Shown: piece after piece, positions 9,057 through 18,800 of the stretch
How positions within the stretch are numbered: position 1 is the first letter of the stretch
Layout of the letters: each line of letters starts with the position of its first letter
Assembly (NCBI GenBank): GCA_938038735.1
Contig: CALHSW010000034.1
Location: forward strand, 46,335 to 110,334
Length of the DNA stretch: 64,000 bases
Source of the DNA: an uncultured Bacteroidia bacterium
Lineage (GTDB): Bacteria; Bacteroidota; Bacteroidia; Bacteroidales; CAJPTX01
Direction of reading: 5' to 3'
Notes under the pieces: generated by a model
The model's input: the letters and a program-made list of their open reading frames with translations, nothing else
What the model was told of the DNA's origin: nothing
Databases searched by the model: none
Program-made: the position numbers and the translations under genes

Positions 9057-11615
9057 ATGCAGCTAGACGGACTAGAGAAGGGGAGGAGTGCACGCATTGT
9101 GCGTGTACGTGGGGCTGGTGCTTTTAGAAAACGTATTTTGGAAATGGGGTTCGTGCAGGGCAAGGAGGTAACCATGCTCGGGCGTGCCCCATTGGGTGAT
9201 CCGTACCGTTTTGAGGTGATGGGCTACTGCGTGACGCTACGGCGCGATGAGCTGAAGCTCATTGATGTGGAGCCTCTCGATGGGGCGCAAAAGGAGATGC
9301 GCCACCACGAGGAACTCGAAATGCCGCTTGCGGAGGAAGAGGTAGCCCATGAAGCGATGGCAAAGGGAGAGGGAACGAAGGCTCGCCCCTCGCGGACCAT
9401 GCGCGTCGCGCTGGTGGGCAATCCCAACAGCGGTAAGACCTCCCTTTTTAACTATGCCGCCGGCGCCAAGGAGCATACGGGCAACTACAGCGGGGTGACC
9501 ATTGAGTCAAAAACTGCCCACTTTACCCACGGCGACTACACGATAGCCATAACCGACCTCCCGGGGACCTATAGCCTTACGGCCTACTCCCCAGAGGAAC
9601 GCTACGTGCGAAGCTTCATCACCCTGGAGGCCCCCGACGTGGTCATCAACGTTATTGACACCACCAACCTGGAGCGGAGCCTCTACCTCACGCTGCAGCT
9701 ACGCGAGATGGGCGTGAAGGTGGCGTTGGCGTTGAACATGTACGATGAGTTCCAAGAGCAGGGGGGAAGATTGAACCGCTTGGTGCTAGGCGATATGCTA
9801 GGGGTGGTCTCCACCCCCACAATAGGGCGCACCGGCCTTGGCATAGGCAAGCTGCTCGATAGCGTTGTGGCACTCCACGAGCAGGGCGATGCTCCGCGAA
9901 GGGATGTCATAGGAGAGTATGGGGATACTGTTGCGAAGGCAATTGCTGCTGTTGGTGAGGTGTTAGCGCCGTTGGCAAAGGTAAAGAACTGGACGCAAGA
10001 GGAGGTGCGCTACTACGCGCTGAAGGCTCTAGAGCGGGATAAAGAGATAACGCAGCGTTTTGAGGCTGGGGCTCTCGGTGCGCAGGCCCTTGAGGTCATC
10101 GCAAGCGCCGAGAATACGTTAGAAAAAGAGAGCGGAGAGGACAGCGAAACGTATATCACGAACGTTCGGTACGCGTATATTGACAAGGTGATGCGCCGAG
10201 CGTACGCCAAGGGCTCTGAGAAGAGGCAAAAGGATCTGCAGGAAAAAGTAGATAAGATCATCACCCATCGCTGGCTGGGGCTACCGATATTCTTTGCGCT
10301 GATGTACCTCATGTTTTGGCTCACGTTCACAGTGGGCGAATACCCATTGCACTGGATAGAGAGCCTAGTAAACTGGCTTGGGGTGCTCCTCACAACCTAC
10401 ATGCCCGCTGGGCCGCTGCGCGACCTTATCCAGGGGGCAGTGATTAGCGGCGTGGGCAACGTTATCGTCTTTTTGCCCCACATCATGATTCTCTTTTTCT
10501 GCATCGCGGTGCTCGAAGATTCGGGCTACATGTCGCGGGCCGTTTTCCTCATTGACCGGGTCATGCGAAGCGTGGGGCTGCATGGCCATTCGTTCATCCC
10601 GTTGGTGTCAGGGTTCGGCTGTGGAGTACCGGCGATAATGGCGACCCGCGCCATAGCCGATCGCAAGGTACGCATGACGACCATGCTCGTCACCCCCTTC
10701 ATGTCGTGCAGCGCACGGCTACCAGTATACGTATTACTGATATATTCCGTTTTCCCCAAGCAACAGGGACTTATTCTGTTCGGGATATACCTTTTCGGCA
10801 TCGCCATGGCGATGCTGATGGCGTGGGTGTTTCGCAAAACGCTATTCCGAGGAAGCGATACGCCGTTCGTCATGGAGATGCCCCCCTATAGGATTCCTAC
10901 GCTGCGGGCTACGATACTGCACATGTGGCGGAAGGCAGTGCAGTACCTCCGTAAGATGGGTACGGTGATTCTGCTCGCCTCGATCATCATTTGGTTCTTT
11001 AGCTATTTTCCCTCTAGCACCCCGCGCGACAAGGAGTTTGCAGCCCAAATTGAGCAAATTGAGGGGCAGCTCGCGGCGTGCGAATCGGCTGGTAAAACGG
11101 GTAGCGAGCTGTTACACAACCCGGCTGAGAGGCAAGATTCGCTGCAGCGGGAGCTAACCCGAATTGCCAACGAACGAACGGCACTGCAGCAGCGTAACTC
11201 GTTGCTAGGCCAGCTGGGGTGTGCCATTGAGCCGGCCATACGTCCTCTAGGGTTTGATTGGCGAATTGGAGTGGGGTTGCTATCCGGCTTTGCAGCCAAA
11301 GAGGTGGTGGTAAGTACGCTAGGGGCACTCTTGCAAACGGGGGGCGATGTAGATGAGGAGAGCGTTCTGCTGCGGGAACGAGTACGCACCGTGACTGTGG
11401 AGAGTGGGCCGCGGGCGGGGGAACTCCTCTTTACGCCGCTTGTTGCCTTGTCGCTACTAATTTTCGTCCTGCTCTACATGCCCTGCGTAGCAACGATAGC
11501 GGCCGTAAGGAAAGAGTCGGGAGGCTGGAAGTGGGCCCTTTTCACCGCCTTTTACACCACCGCCATCGCCTACCTCATGGCAATGCTGGTGTACCAGGTG
11601 GGCAGCCTGCTTTGA
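9057..11615 (+). CDS. feoB: Ferrous iron transporter, FeoA-FeoB fusion
   Basis: The N-terminal FeoA domain is ARIVRVRGAGAFRKRILEMGFVQGKEVTML. The G-domain has VALVGNPNSGKTSLFN and ITDLPGTYSL. The C-terminus is polytopic. The ATG at 9057 is preferred over the GTG at 9054. Confidence 0.95.
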   Translation: MQLDGLEKGRSARIVRVRGAGAFRKRILEMGFVQGKEVTMLGRAPLGDPYRFEVMGYCVTLRRDELKLIDVEPLDGAQKEMRHHEELEMPLAEEEVAHEAMAKGEGTKARPSRTMRVALVGNPNSGKTSLFNYAAGAKEHTGNYSGVTIESKTAHFTHGDYTIAITDLPGTYSLTAYSPEERYVRSFITLEAPDVVINVIDTTNLERSLYLTLQLREMGVKVALALNMYDEFQEQGGRLNRLVLGDMLGVVSTPTIGRTGLGIGKLLDSVVALHEQGDAPRRDVIGEYGDTVAKAIAAVGEVLAPLAKVKNWTQEEVRYYALKALERDKEITQRFEAGALGAQALEVIASAENTLEKESGEDSETYITNVRYAYIDKVMRRAYAKGSEKRQKDLQEKVDKIITHRWLGLPIFFALMYLMFWLTFTVGEYPLHWIESLVNWLGVLLTTYMPAGPLRDLIQGAVISGVGNVIVFLPHIMILFFCIAVLEDSGYMSRAVFLIDRVMRSVGLHGHSFIPLVSGFGCGVPAIMATRAIADRKVRMTTMLVTPFMSCSARLPVYVLLIYSVFPKQQGLILFGIYLFGIAMAMLMAWVFRKTLFRGSDTPFVMEMPPYRIPTLRATILHMWRKAVQYLRKMGTVILLASIIIWFFSYFPSSTPRDKEFAAQIEQIEGQLAACESAGKTGSELLHNPAERQDSLQRELTRIANERTALQQRNSLLGQLGCAIEPAIRPLGFDWRIGVGLLSGFAAKEVVVSTLGALLQTGGDVDEESVLLRERVRTVTVESGPRAGELLFTPLVALSLLIFVLLYMPCVATIAAVRKESGGWKWALFTAFYTTAIAYLMAMLVYQVGSLL

Positions 11616-11714
11616 GGAGCAATCCCCGTGGCGGTAAGGTAGAATTAAGGTTGGCGAGGACGATACCGCTTTAAGGCGAATTCAACGTAAGGATTGATTG
11701 GGGGCTGCGCGGGT

Positions 11715-11800
11715 GGAAGGGAGACCGGGGTCTAAAGCACCCCGGCTATTGAGGCCGTCCTGCGGGCGGGGCTGCGTCGGTGCGCAGATCTATGCGGGGG
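11715..11800 (+). repeat. Four-hairpin family, module-2 copy
   Basis: ggaagggagaccggggtctaaagcaccccggctattgaggccgtcctgcgggcggggctgcgtcggtgcgcagatctatgcggggg lies 100 nt downstream of the feoB stop in the same orientation. Confidence 0.8.
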
Positions 11801-12133
11801 ACGGAGGAGAAGGCGAGTATGCGCTGCTATGGTTGTAGCCTAGTTGTCCGAGCGAGGGCAGCCGTAGGGCTGGATTGCGGCGCTCAAGGCTGAAAAAGAA
11901 TGGGTCGGGGCTAGTTGGGGGATGCCTTTGATACACCAGCCTTTTTTGCGGCTGTGTAGGGATATACCTACGTGTCCGCCCCCATTGCCGAGAGGGAAAG
12001 GGGCTACATCGCGGCTAACGTTCACCTGAACATGAATGGTGGCTAATAGCTAGCCCTCAGCTAGCCCTCGCTAGGATTGGTGGCGGCCCGTATGGGTGTA
12101 CCCATCCTAGTGAGTCTTCGCTGTAACTTTGCG

Positions 12134-13249
12134 CTAATTCAGTTTATAGCGAGCCATATCCGCCTGCGTTTCAGCCGCCATCGTTGCAAGCGATTCAGAA
12201 GTGGAGCTCAGCTCCTGCGCGGAGCTAGAGTTCTCATTGGTAATTTGCACAAGCTGGTCGAGAGCGGCACTAATTTGCTCTGTACCAGTTTGCTGCTCTT
12301 GGCTTGCCGAGGCGATTTCCTGGATGATGCTACTAATCTTTCTGATGTTAGGAATGGAGGTGGTAAGCGCCTCTCCCATGTTGTCCACGGCACTGGCACT
12401 TTGCTTCGATAGGTCCTCAATCTCTTGCGCAGATTTTGCGCTAAGGTCAGCCAAGCGCCGCACCTCAGCGGCGACCACTGCAAAGCCCCTTCCGTGTTCC
12501 CCGGCTCGCGCCGCTTCAATGGCAGCATTGATTGCCAGAATATTGGTTTTTTGCGCAATGTCTCCAACCACCTCAATCTTTTCCTTGATTTCTTTCATGG
12601 CGGCAGCAGTGCGATCAAACTCCGCGCTCACCTGTCCCACCTCCTTGTCAACCTGCGAACTAATGACCGCCCCTTCTCGTGCGTTGTCAAGATTCTGCAT
12701 GATGTTGGCGGTCATCTGCTCCATGGAGGCAGAAATTTCTTCGGCCGAAGCGGCTTGGGTAGAAGCACCGTGGCTAATGTTGCCAGCCTGCGTATTGAAT
12801 TGCTGACTAGCCTCTACTACTTTTCTTCCATTCTGCTCATTGAGCATAATGCCTGCACGCATAGCATCTGCCATTTTGTCAAAGTTTGTTGCTAGAATCC
12901 CGATTTCATTGCGTTGCGATAGCAATTTGTTTTCCATCTTGATTGATAGATCGCCCTCGGCGACCATACCCATGCTGGAAGCGATTTTCTTAATTGCCCC
13001 CTGGATGGTACGCTGTATATACACAAATCCGAGGATTGCTATGGGAGCGATAACTGCGACACCAATCAGATACACCTTAACCCCATATATGGCAGTGAAG
13101 TACCCTATTATGACAAATGACACGGCTATGACAATGACAATGTTAGCGATGGTGCGCAAAAAGCTGCCTCTGAATATGTAGTTACAGAGCACGAAGAGCA
13201 ATGGCACTACAATGGAGAGTGCGGTCATGAATATTGCGAATGGTGACAT
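12134..13249 (-). CDS. Methyl-accepting chemotaxis protein-like transducer (membrane N-terminus + HAMP + MCP signalling domain)
   Basis: 371 aa. It has about 3 N-terminal TM helices, a HAMP-like segment, and the highly conserved hairpin tip [35 protein letters not shown]. Confidence 0.88.
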   Translation of the reverse strand: MSPFAIFMTALSIVVPLLFVLCNYIFRGSFLRTIANIVIVIAVSFVIIGYFTAIYGVKVYLIGVAVIAPIAILGFVYIQRTIQGAIKKIASSMGMVAEGDLSIKMENKLLSQRNEIGILATNFDKMADAMRAGIMLNEQNGRKVVEASQQFNTQAGNISHGASTQAASAEEISASMEQMTANIMQNLDNAREGAVISSQVDKEVGQVSAEFDRTAAAMKEIKEKIEVVGDIAQKTNILAINAAIEAARAGEHGRGFAVVAAEVRRLADLSAKSAQEIEDLSKQSASAVDNMGEALTTSIPNIRKISSIIQEIASASQEQQTGTEQISAALDQLVQITNENSSSAQELSSTSESLATMAAETQADMARYKLN

Positions 13250-13563
13250 ACTGCGTTCTATCTATTTGTTAAGGGCTACTCATAACGCCGCAAAATGCAG
13301 CGCGTTATGTACCCTTCTACGGAATAGGTTGAAAAAAGTTTTCCCAGTGCTTTTCTTGGTTCTGTCCATGTTGACGCATGGTGCTTTTCATGTGAAGGCG
13401 TGCCCTATAGACATAGAGAAAGACCTTAGGATGCTGCGCTATTCGTTCTGTTCGGAAATGAGGCTGCATATTTCTGTGGAATTATTGTGGCAGGGCGACA
13501 ATATTTGGGCGATCTGCCCCACGGCGTGTACGGGCGGAAACGTTGGAGAAGTTAAATTGTTGC

Positions 13564-13571
13564 TACCTTTG
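13564..13571 (+). promoter_or_regulatory. -7 promoter box TACCTTTG
   Basis: It lies 29 nt upstream of the plsY ATG at 13600. Confidence 0.5.
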
Positions 13572-13599
13572 CAGAGGATAAAGCTAAAGGTTGCAGCAG

Positions 13600-14274
13600 A
13601 TGGTAGTGAGTGTAATAGTTATATGTGTGGCTGTGCTGGGGTATGTGCTTGGGAGCATGCCGTGGGCGGTGTGGATAGGCCGCTGGTTCTATGGCATTGA
13701 CGTGCGTGAGCATGGCAGCGGCAACGCAGGGGCCACTAACACGATACGAGTCTTGGGCATAGGGCCTGGATTAGTGGTGTTTGCCCTTGATGTGCTGAAG
13801 GGATTCTTGTCGGTCATAGCGGCGTGGCTGGCGGCGAAGGCATTGATAGCTCATGGGATGATGACGGCGGAGTGGAGCATACCGCTGCAGCTGCTGGGCG
13901 GAGTGGGTGCCTTTTTGGGGCACGTATTCCCAGTGTTTGCCAAATTCCGTGGTGGAAAGGGGGTTGCCACGCTCTGTGGCGTGGTGCTGGGGCTGCATCC
14001 GCTGGCTGCGCTCTCGGCGTTGGGGGTATTTGCCGTGGTGTTGCTGCTGACGCGTTACGTGTCGCTGGGATCGATGCTGGCGGCGCTGTCGTTCCCTTTC
14101 TTTCTCTACTTCGCCTACGGGGCGCGGGATCCATGGCTTCTTGGCGTTTCGATAGTGCTGGTTGCCATGATTATCGTGACGCACCGGTCGAATATTGGCC
14201 GTTTGCTGCGCGGCACGGAGTCGCGGTTCGCCCCCTCGCGGCGTGGGATGAGAGGGTCGGAAAAGGTGGAGTAG
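13600..14274 (+). CDS. plsY: Glycerol-3-phosphate acyltransferase PlsY
   Basis: The motifs GSGNAGATNTIRVLG and FAKFRGGKGVATLCG are present and the protein is polytopic. The ATG at 13600 is preferred over the TTG at 13591. Confidence 0.92.
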   Translation: MVVSVIVICVAVLGYVLGSMPWAVWIGRWFYGIDVREHGSGNAGATNTIRVLGIGPGLVVFALDVLKGFLSVIAAWLAAKALIAHGMMTAEWSIPLQLLGGVGAFLGHVFPVFAKFRGGKGVATLCGVVLGLHPLAALSALGVFAVVLLLTRYVSLGSMLAALSFPFFLYFAYGARDPWLLGVSIVLVAMIIVTHRSNIGRLLRGTESRFAPSRRGMRGSEKVE

Positions 14275-14280
14275 CGGGCC

Positions 14281-15159
14281 ATGGGCAGGATGAGAGTATA
14301 CTTTCTTTGCGCGGTGTGGCTGGCTGCGTGGCTGCTAGTGGGTGGCGGGACGCTCCGCGGCGAAACGAGGAACGCACGGATGCAACGTAAGCGCGACCCC
14401 CTGGGGCTATACCTTGGGAAGGATAGCTTGCGAGTCCGCATGGCTGAAACCTCACGATTTGCCCCCTACGAAAATAATTTCTTCATGCTGGGCATGCCGG
14501 TGGACAGAAAGCCTACGAAGGAGAATAGCGGCGTGATGTTCCAGATCAGCATCCAGCAACGGTTCTTTAGGCGGCCGCTCTTTTGGAATTCCAATTTCTA
14601 TGTGGCCTATACGCAGCGTTCCTTTTGGGACATTTTTTTGGAGTCTTCGCCGTTTGATGATAACAACTACAATCCATCGCTGCACTACACGCTCCCTGTT
14701 ATGTTTAGGGGCTACTTTGCGGGGATGGTAGATCTGGGGCTTGAGCACCTTTCTAATAGGCGTGGTGGAGCCGATTCGCGGAGTTTGAACTCCGTATCGT
14801 TGCGATTCAAGTACTACCCCCATGTCCTATTTATGATTGACTTGAAGACGTGGCTCCCTTTCCTATACAAGGAGGATAATCCGGACTATTTTGAGTATGC
14901 GGGGTATGGCCGAGTCGGTCTACTGTTTCGCTACCCCCGCTGGGGTCTACGCAGCTCAATCTACCTAAACCCATCGGATAAGTTCCGCAATTGGAACGTC
15001 ACCTACGAATTGGGCTATTCGCCGTGGGAAAACTATACGGTCTACTTCTTCCTGCGTTTCTATTCGGGGTACGCAGAGCGGCTTTTGCGCTACAAGGAAT
15101 ATACGTGCAATGCGCGGGTGGGCATTACGTTGGCACCATCGTTTATGCTATTTCATTAG
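14281..15159 (+). CDS. pldA: Outer-membrane phospholipase A (OMPLA/PldA-like)
   Basis: 292 aa with a signal peptide. YTQRSFWDIFLESSPFDDNNYNPSLHY and the catalytic-region motif GLEHLSNRRGGADSRSLNSV (HxSN...SRS.N) are present. Confidence 0.8.
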   Translation: MGRMRVYFLCAVWLAAWLLVGGGTLRGETRNARMQRKRDPLGLYLGKDSLRVRMAETSRFAPYENNFFMLGMPVDRKPTKENSGVMFQISIQQRFFRRPLFWNSNFYVAYTQRSFWDIFLESSPFDDNNYNPSLHYTLPVMFRGYFAGMVDLGLEHLSNRRGGADSRSLNSVSLRFKYYPHVLFMIDLKTWLPFLYKEDNPDYFEYAGYGRVGLLFRYPRWGLRSSIYLNPSDKFRNWNVTYELGYSPWENYTVYFFLRFYSGYAERLLRYKEYTCNARVGITLAPSFMLFH

Positions 15160-15177
15160 AGGACTAGTGGAGAGACA

Positions 15178-15708
15178 GTGAGAGGAGGGAAGGATTTTCA
15201 TTTTGCACGGAAACAGACGGACGAGCTGGGGCATGGCGGGGAACGGCTTCCGTTGGTGCTGCTGGTGGAGAATGTGCGGAGCCTGCAGAATGTAGGGGCG
15301 CTGTTTCGCTTGGCCGATGGGCTGGGGGTGGCAGAAGTGGCACTCTGCGGCATCACGGGATGCCCGCCGCATCGCGATATTCATAGGACGGCGCTAGGGG
15401 CAGAGGAGATGGTCTCGTGGCGTTACTTTGCGAATGGGGTGGCGGGTGCGGAGTACTACGCCTTGCAGGGGTACGAGGTAGTGGCGCTGGAGCAGGTGCA
15501 CGGCAGCCTGAGGGTAGATGAATATCGTCCAGGAGAAGGAGGAGTGGTGCTGGCGGTAGGCAATGAGGTGGAGGGGGTGAGCGATGCGCTGCTTGCGGTG
15601 TGCGGAGCGTGCGTGGAGATACCGCAACGCGGCGAGAAGCATTCGCTCAATGTGTCTACAGCGGCGGCGATTGCGCTGTGGGAGGTGGCGAAAAGACTGA
15701 CGGAATAG
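15178..15708 (+). CDS. SpoU/TrmH-family RNA 2'-O-methyltransferase
   Basis: 176 aa. LVENVRSLQNVGALFRLADGLGV and the C-terminal knot motif IPQRGEKHSLNVSTAAAIALWE are present. The start codon is uncertain. Confidence 0.85.
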   Translation: MRGGKDFHFARKQTDELGHGGERLPLVLLVENVRSLQNVGALFRLADGLGVAEVALCGITGCPPHRDIHRTALGAEEMVSWRYFANGVAGAEYYALQGYEVVALEQVHGSLRVDEYRPGEGGVVLAVGNEVEGVSDALLAVCGACVEIPQRGEKHSLNVSTAAAIALWEVAKRLTE

Positions 15709-15846
15709 TTTGCGCTTCTGCGGCAGCTTTCTGTAGGGGGGTGTAATGTTTCATTGTAACATCTCATCGTGCCATTTCGTAAACGTGCATGAGGGGGAGT
15801 GTGCGGAGGTTTCATCTATGAGGATAGACATTAATACGAGACAGCG

Positions 15847-18800
15847 ATGAGTTCGGTGCGAAGATTTATCAAGTTATTGCTTGCGGTGTCGTTGGCATTG
15901 ACAGCGGTTGAGGCGTGGGCGCAGTGGACCCTCCCGCCAGACTATAGTAAGGACAACGATGCGCAGAACCCGAAGGATATGCGTGGGGGCAAGGGGCAGG
16001 GTATGCGGCTGCTTTACTACGAGAGCTTTGAGGGTGAGCGTATTAGAACTACAGAGGGTTGGGGGACGATGCCAAAGAGCTGGGGCCAGGAGTTCATTGA
16101 AGGGGCAGGCATATCGCATACCACGGCGTATTGGGTGGTGGAGCCGGGCGGAGGGCGGCCCAACGATAGTGCCTCTCGGACGCCGTGGCGGCCGTATGAC
16201 GGAGAGTGGAACATGCTTTGCTACGTTAATTCTACCGGCGCAATGCAACGTTTGGTGACTCCGGAGCTGAATTTGAGCGGAGGGGATATTAGCGATCCCC
16301 GGTTGGTGTTCTACTATGCATCGCCGAAGGATTATCGCGGGTTCTGCCGGATGAGGGTGCAGTATCGGTTCGGCGAAGAGGAATGGAAAGACTTGGCTGA
16401 CGTGGAGGAGTTCCAGAGGGCGGACGATTGGGTTCCCGTATCGATTCCCTTACCGCCGGCACTGCGCGAGAAAGGTGGGTTGCAAATTGGTTTTGTATCG
16501 GTGCAGAACTATGGGTTCGGCACCGCGATCGATGAGGTTTACGTGGTGAACATGGATGGGGCGGAGACAGGGGTAAAGACTTTTGACCTCACCCCGCAAT
16601 CCCCGATAATAGCACGCGGCGCGAAGAATGTGCCGTTGATGCGGATGGATGTGACGCTTACTTCGGGCGGCGGGAAGCTTAAGCTTCAAGGTTTTAATGG
16701 CAAGGAGGAGCCAACCAGTCGGTCAGTAGAGGTTCATGCCTTGGATGGGAACGGGCAGCCTCTGATGCAGGATGCCCTTTCCAACTTTAGGTTGTTTGTG
16801 GGCAGGGGGGGTAAATTTTCAGATGCCGTGGAGGCTGCTAAGCTGGATTTCACTGGCGGTGCTGGAAAACCTTACGAGTTGAAAACCTTTAACATAAAGG
16901 ATCACAAAGCGTTGATCATGCAAGGCGGCAACACGTATAACGTGTGGATAGTGGCCGATGTGAATGACGTAGTGAGCACGCCGTACAAGACGCGAATTTG
17001 GGTGGATGTTGCCGAGGAGACGACTAAATTTGTGTGGTACAAGAATGATGAGAATCCTACAAGCCTAAATGGCACGAAGCAGAGCTTCTTCCCCGCAAAA
17101 GGTCACTCCTACGAAACGCCCGAGGTGCAGAAGTCTGTGGTGTATAAGAGTCTATTTTTTGATGACTTTGAGGCGGGGCTAGACAAGTGGAATCGTTTGA
17201 GCGGAGCAGCACAGCAGTTGTGGGCGGTAGGGAGTCCGAAGGATGCCTCAGGGGGATCCTTCCTATCGGGGGGAAGACCTTTGGAGGAGCAGGTGAAGAG
17301 TGCCTATTCAGGGGACAAAGTGCTAGCGACTGGGGAGCTAGCACAGGATGGAGAAAAGTTGCGTGCGCGCTACTTCGCGAACATGGTATCGGCGAACAAT
17401 CAGAATGAGTGCGCTTGGGTGGAAATAAAGGATCAGATAGATGCCTCTCAGGTGAAAGATGTGTATCTCGTGATGCAGAAGTCGTTCAATACGCCGAGCG
17501 GCATGCTGCTATTTGTAGAGGGGAAGTATGAAGGTAGTACAACAACGTGGGTGGAATTTGCGAGGTATAATGTCTCGTCTTCCGACTGGCAGGGGTGGCA
17601 GGAGCTCCCATTGCGTCTCTCAAGGGCAGATGGCCGTAAGTTTAATCTGCGGCTGCGAGCCTTCTATCCCAAAGGCGACGTGGCACATACAGGTTTTGTA
17701 ATAGATGATTTGCGAATATTAGGCAACGAAGTGCAGAACGATGTGGGCATTACGGGGCTTAAGGTTACGGAGAGCTGGGACAACGGCAATGGTCGCAAGG
17801 CGGTGTTCACCGTGCGTAACTATGGTGTGAATGTGCAAAAGGACATCAAGTATGATGTGTATGTCGATGGGAACTTGGTGCTGGGAGGGCAGAGTCTGCC
17901 TGAAGGTGATTTGGCTGCGGGCGGGAGCCGAAATGTAAAAACGGATGAGCTTGCGGCCTTGAAGGCGGATTTGAATAGAGACAATACCCATGAAATAGAG
18001 GTGCGGCTCAAGTTAAGCACGGATGAGGACATGAGCAACAACGTTGCTCGGGTGACCACCTATTCATACCCCACGATACCGGTGAGCGATGCAAAACCCT
18101 ACCCAGAGAACTTTGGAGACCCAATGCACCATTGGTTCGGCGGGGAGGCGTATCGAGAAGGCTTTAAGTCCTCATGGCTATTTAATTCGGTGTATTCCAT
18201 TTCGAAGTGCCGGGATAATAGCGGGAAGCAGGCGGGACCCTTCGGTGAGGGAATGCTGCTGGGTAGCTACATATGGACGACGGGCGACCATACGGCGTTC
18301 GGTTTTGAGCAGTCGGTGCTGACGAGTCCTGTATTTGAGATAAGCACGCAAGATGCGAAGAATCGAAAAGAGTTTGTGATGGCCTACACCACGCAGGGGG
18401 AGAATGTGGAGGTGCAGGTGGAGTACCGGAAGGAGAATGGAGACTGGCAGCGGCTTGAGAAGTCTGCGCAGTGGGAGAAGGAGTGGTACGATGGGAGCGG
18501 TGCAGTGTGGAAAGGTTCGACGACCGAGGGGTATAAAATCGTGAAGACCCTATTGCCAGACGATTTGCAAGGTGTAGGAGGTGCTGTGAAGGCGCAATTT
18601 AGGGTGTACTTCTATAATAGGAGTGCCGATCGTGTGCCGGGCATAGCGGTTAATGGGATAGAGGTGCGTTCCGTGAGGTCGGATATATACGTTAAGTCCA
18701 TTGAACCGAGGGGCGGCTGCGAGAATCCGCTCGGGAACGATGAGACGCTGCGGGTGACGATTGCGGTGAATGCGGAACCCGCGATTGCGTACGGAGCACG

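Noticed and set aside
12050-12074. A short tandem ctagccctc(a)g x2 plus ctag in the feoB/MCP convergent gap.
   Set aside because: There are only two units of about 10 nt and no further copies were seen in the window. It is most likely a chance or slippage duplication.
12201-12806. Long antisense ORFs inside real genes. Examples are 12201..12806 opposite the MCP, 43211..43930 opposite ftsY/rimO, 38890..39504 opposite clpC, 41604..42083 opposite fabG, 44579..45208, 19453..20037, 22671..23246 and 32585..33118.
   Set aside because: These are typical shadow ORFs of GC-rich DNA. Each lies fully inside a gene with strong family motifs on the other strand, and their translations are R/P/S/A-rich with no recognisable motifs.
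13212-13700. A 162-aa ORF spanning the MCP/plsY intergenic region.
   Set aside because: It covers the divergent promoter region, including the plsY TACCTTTG box, and overlaps the plsY start out of frame. It has no motifs.
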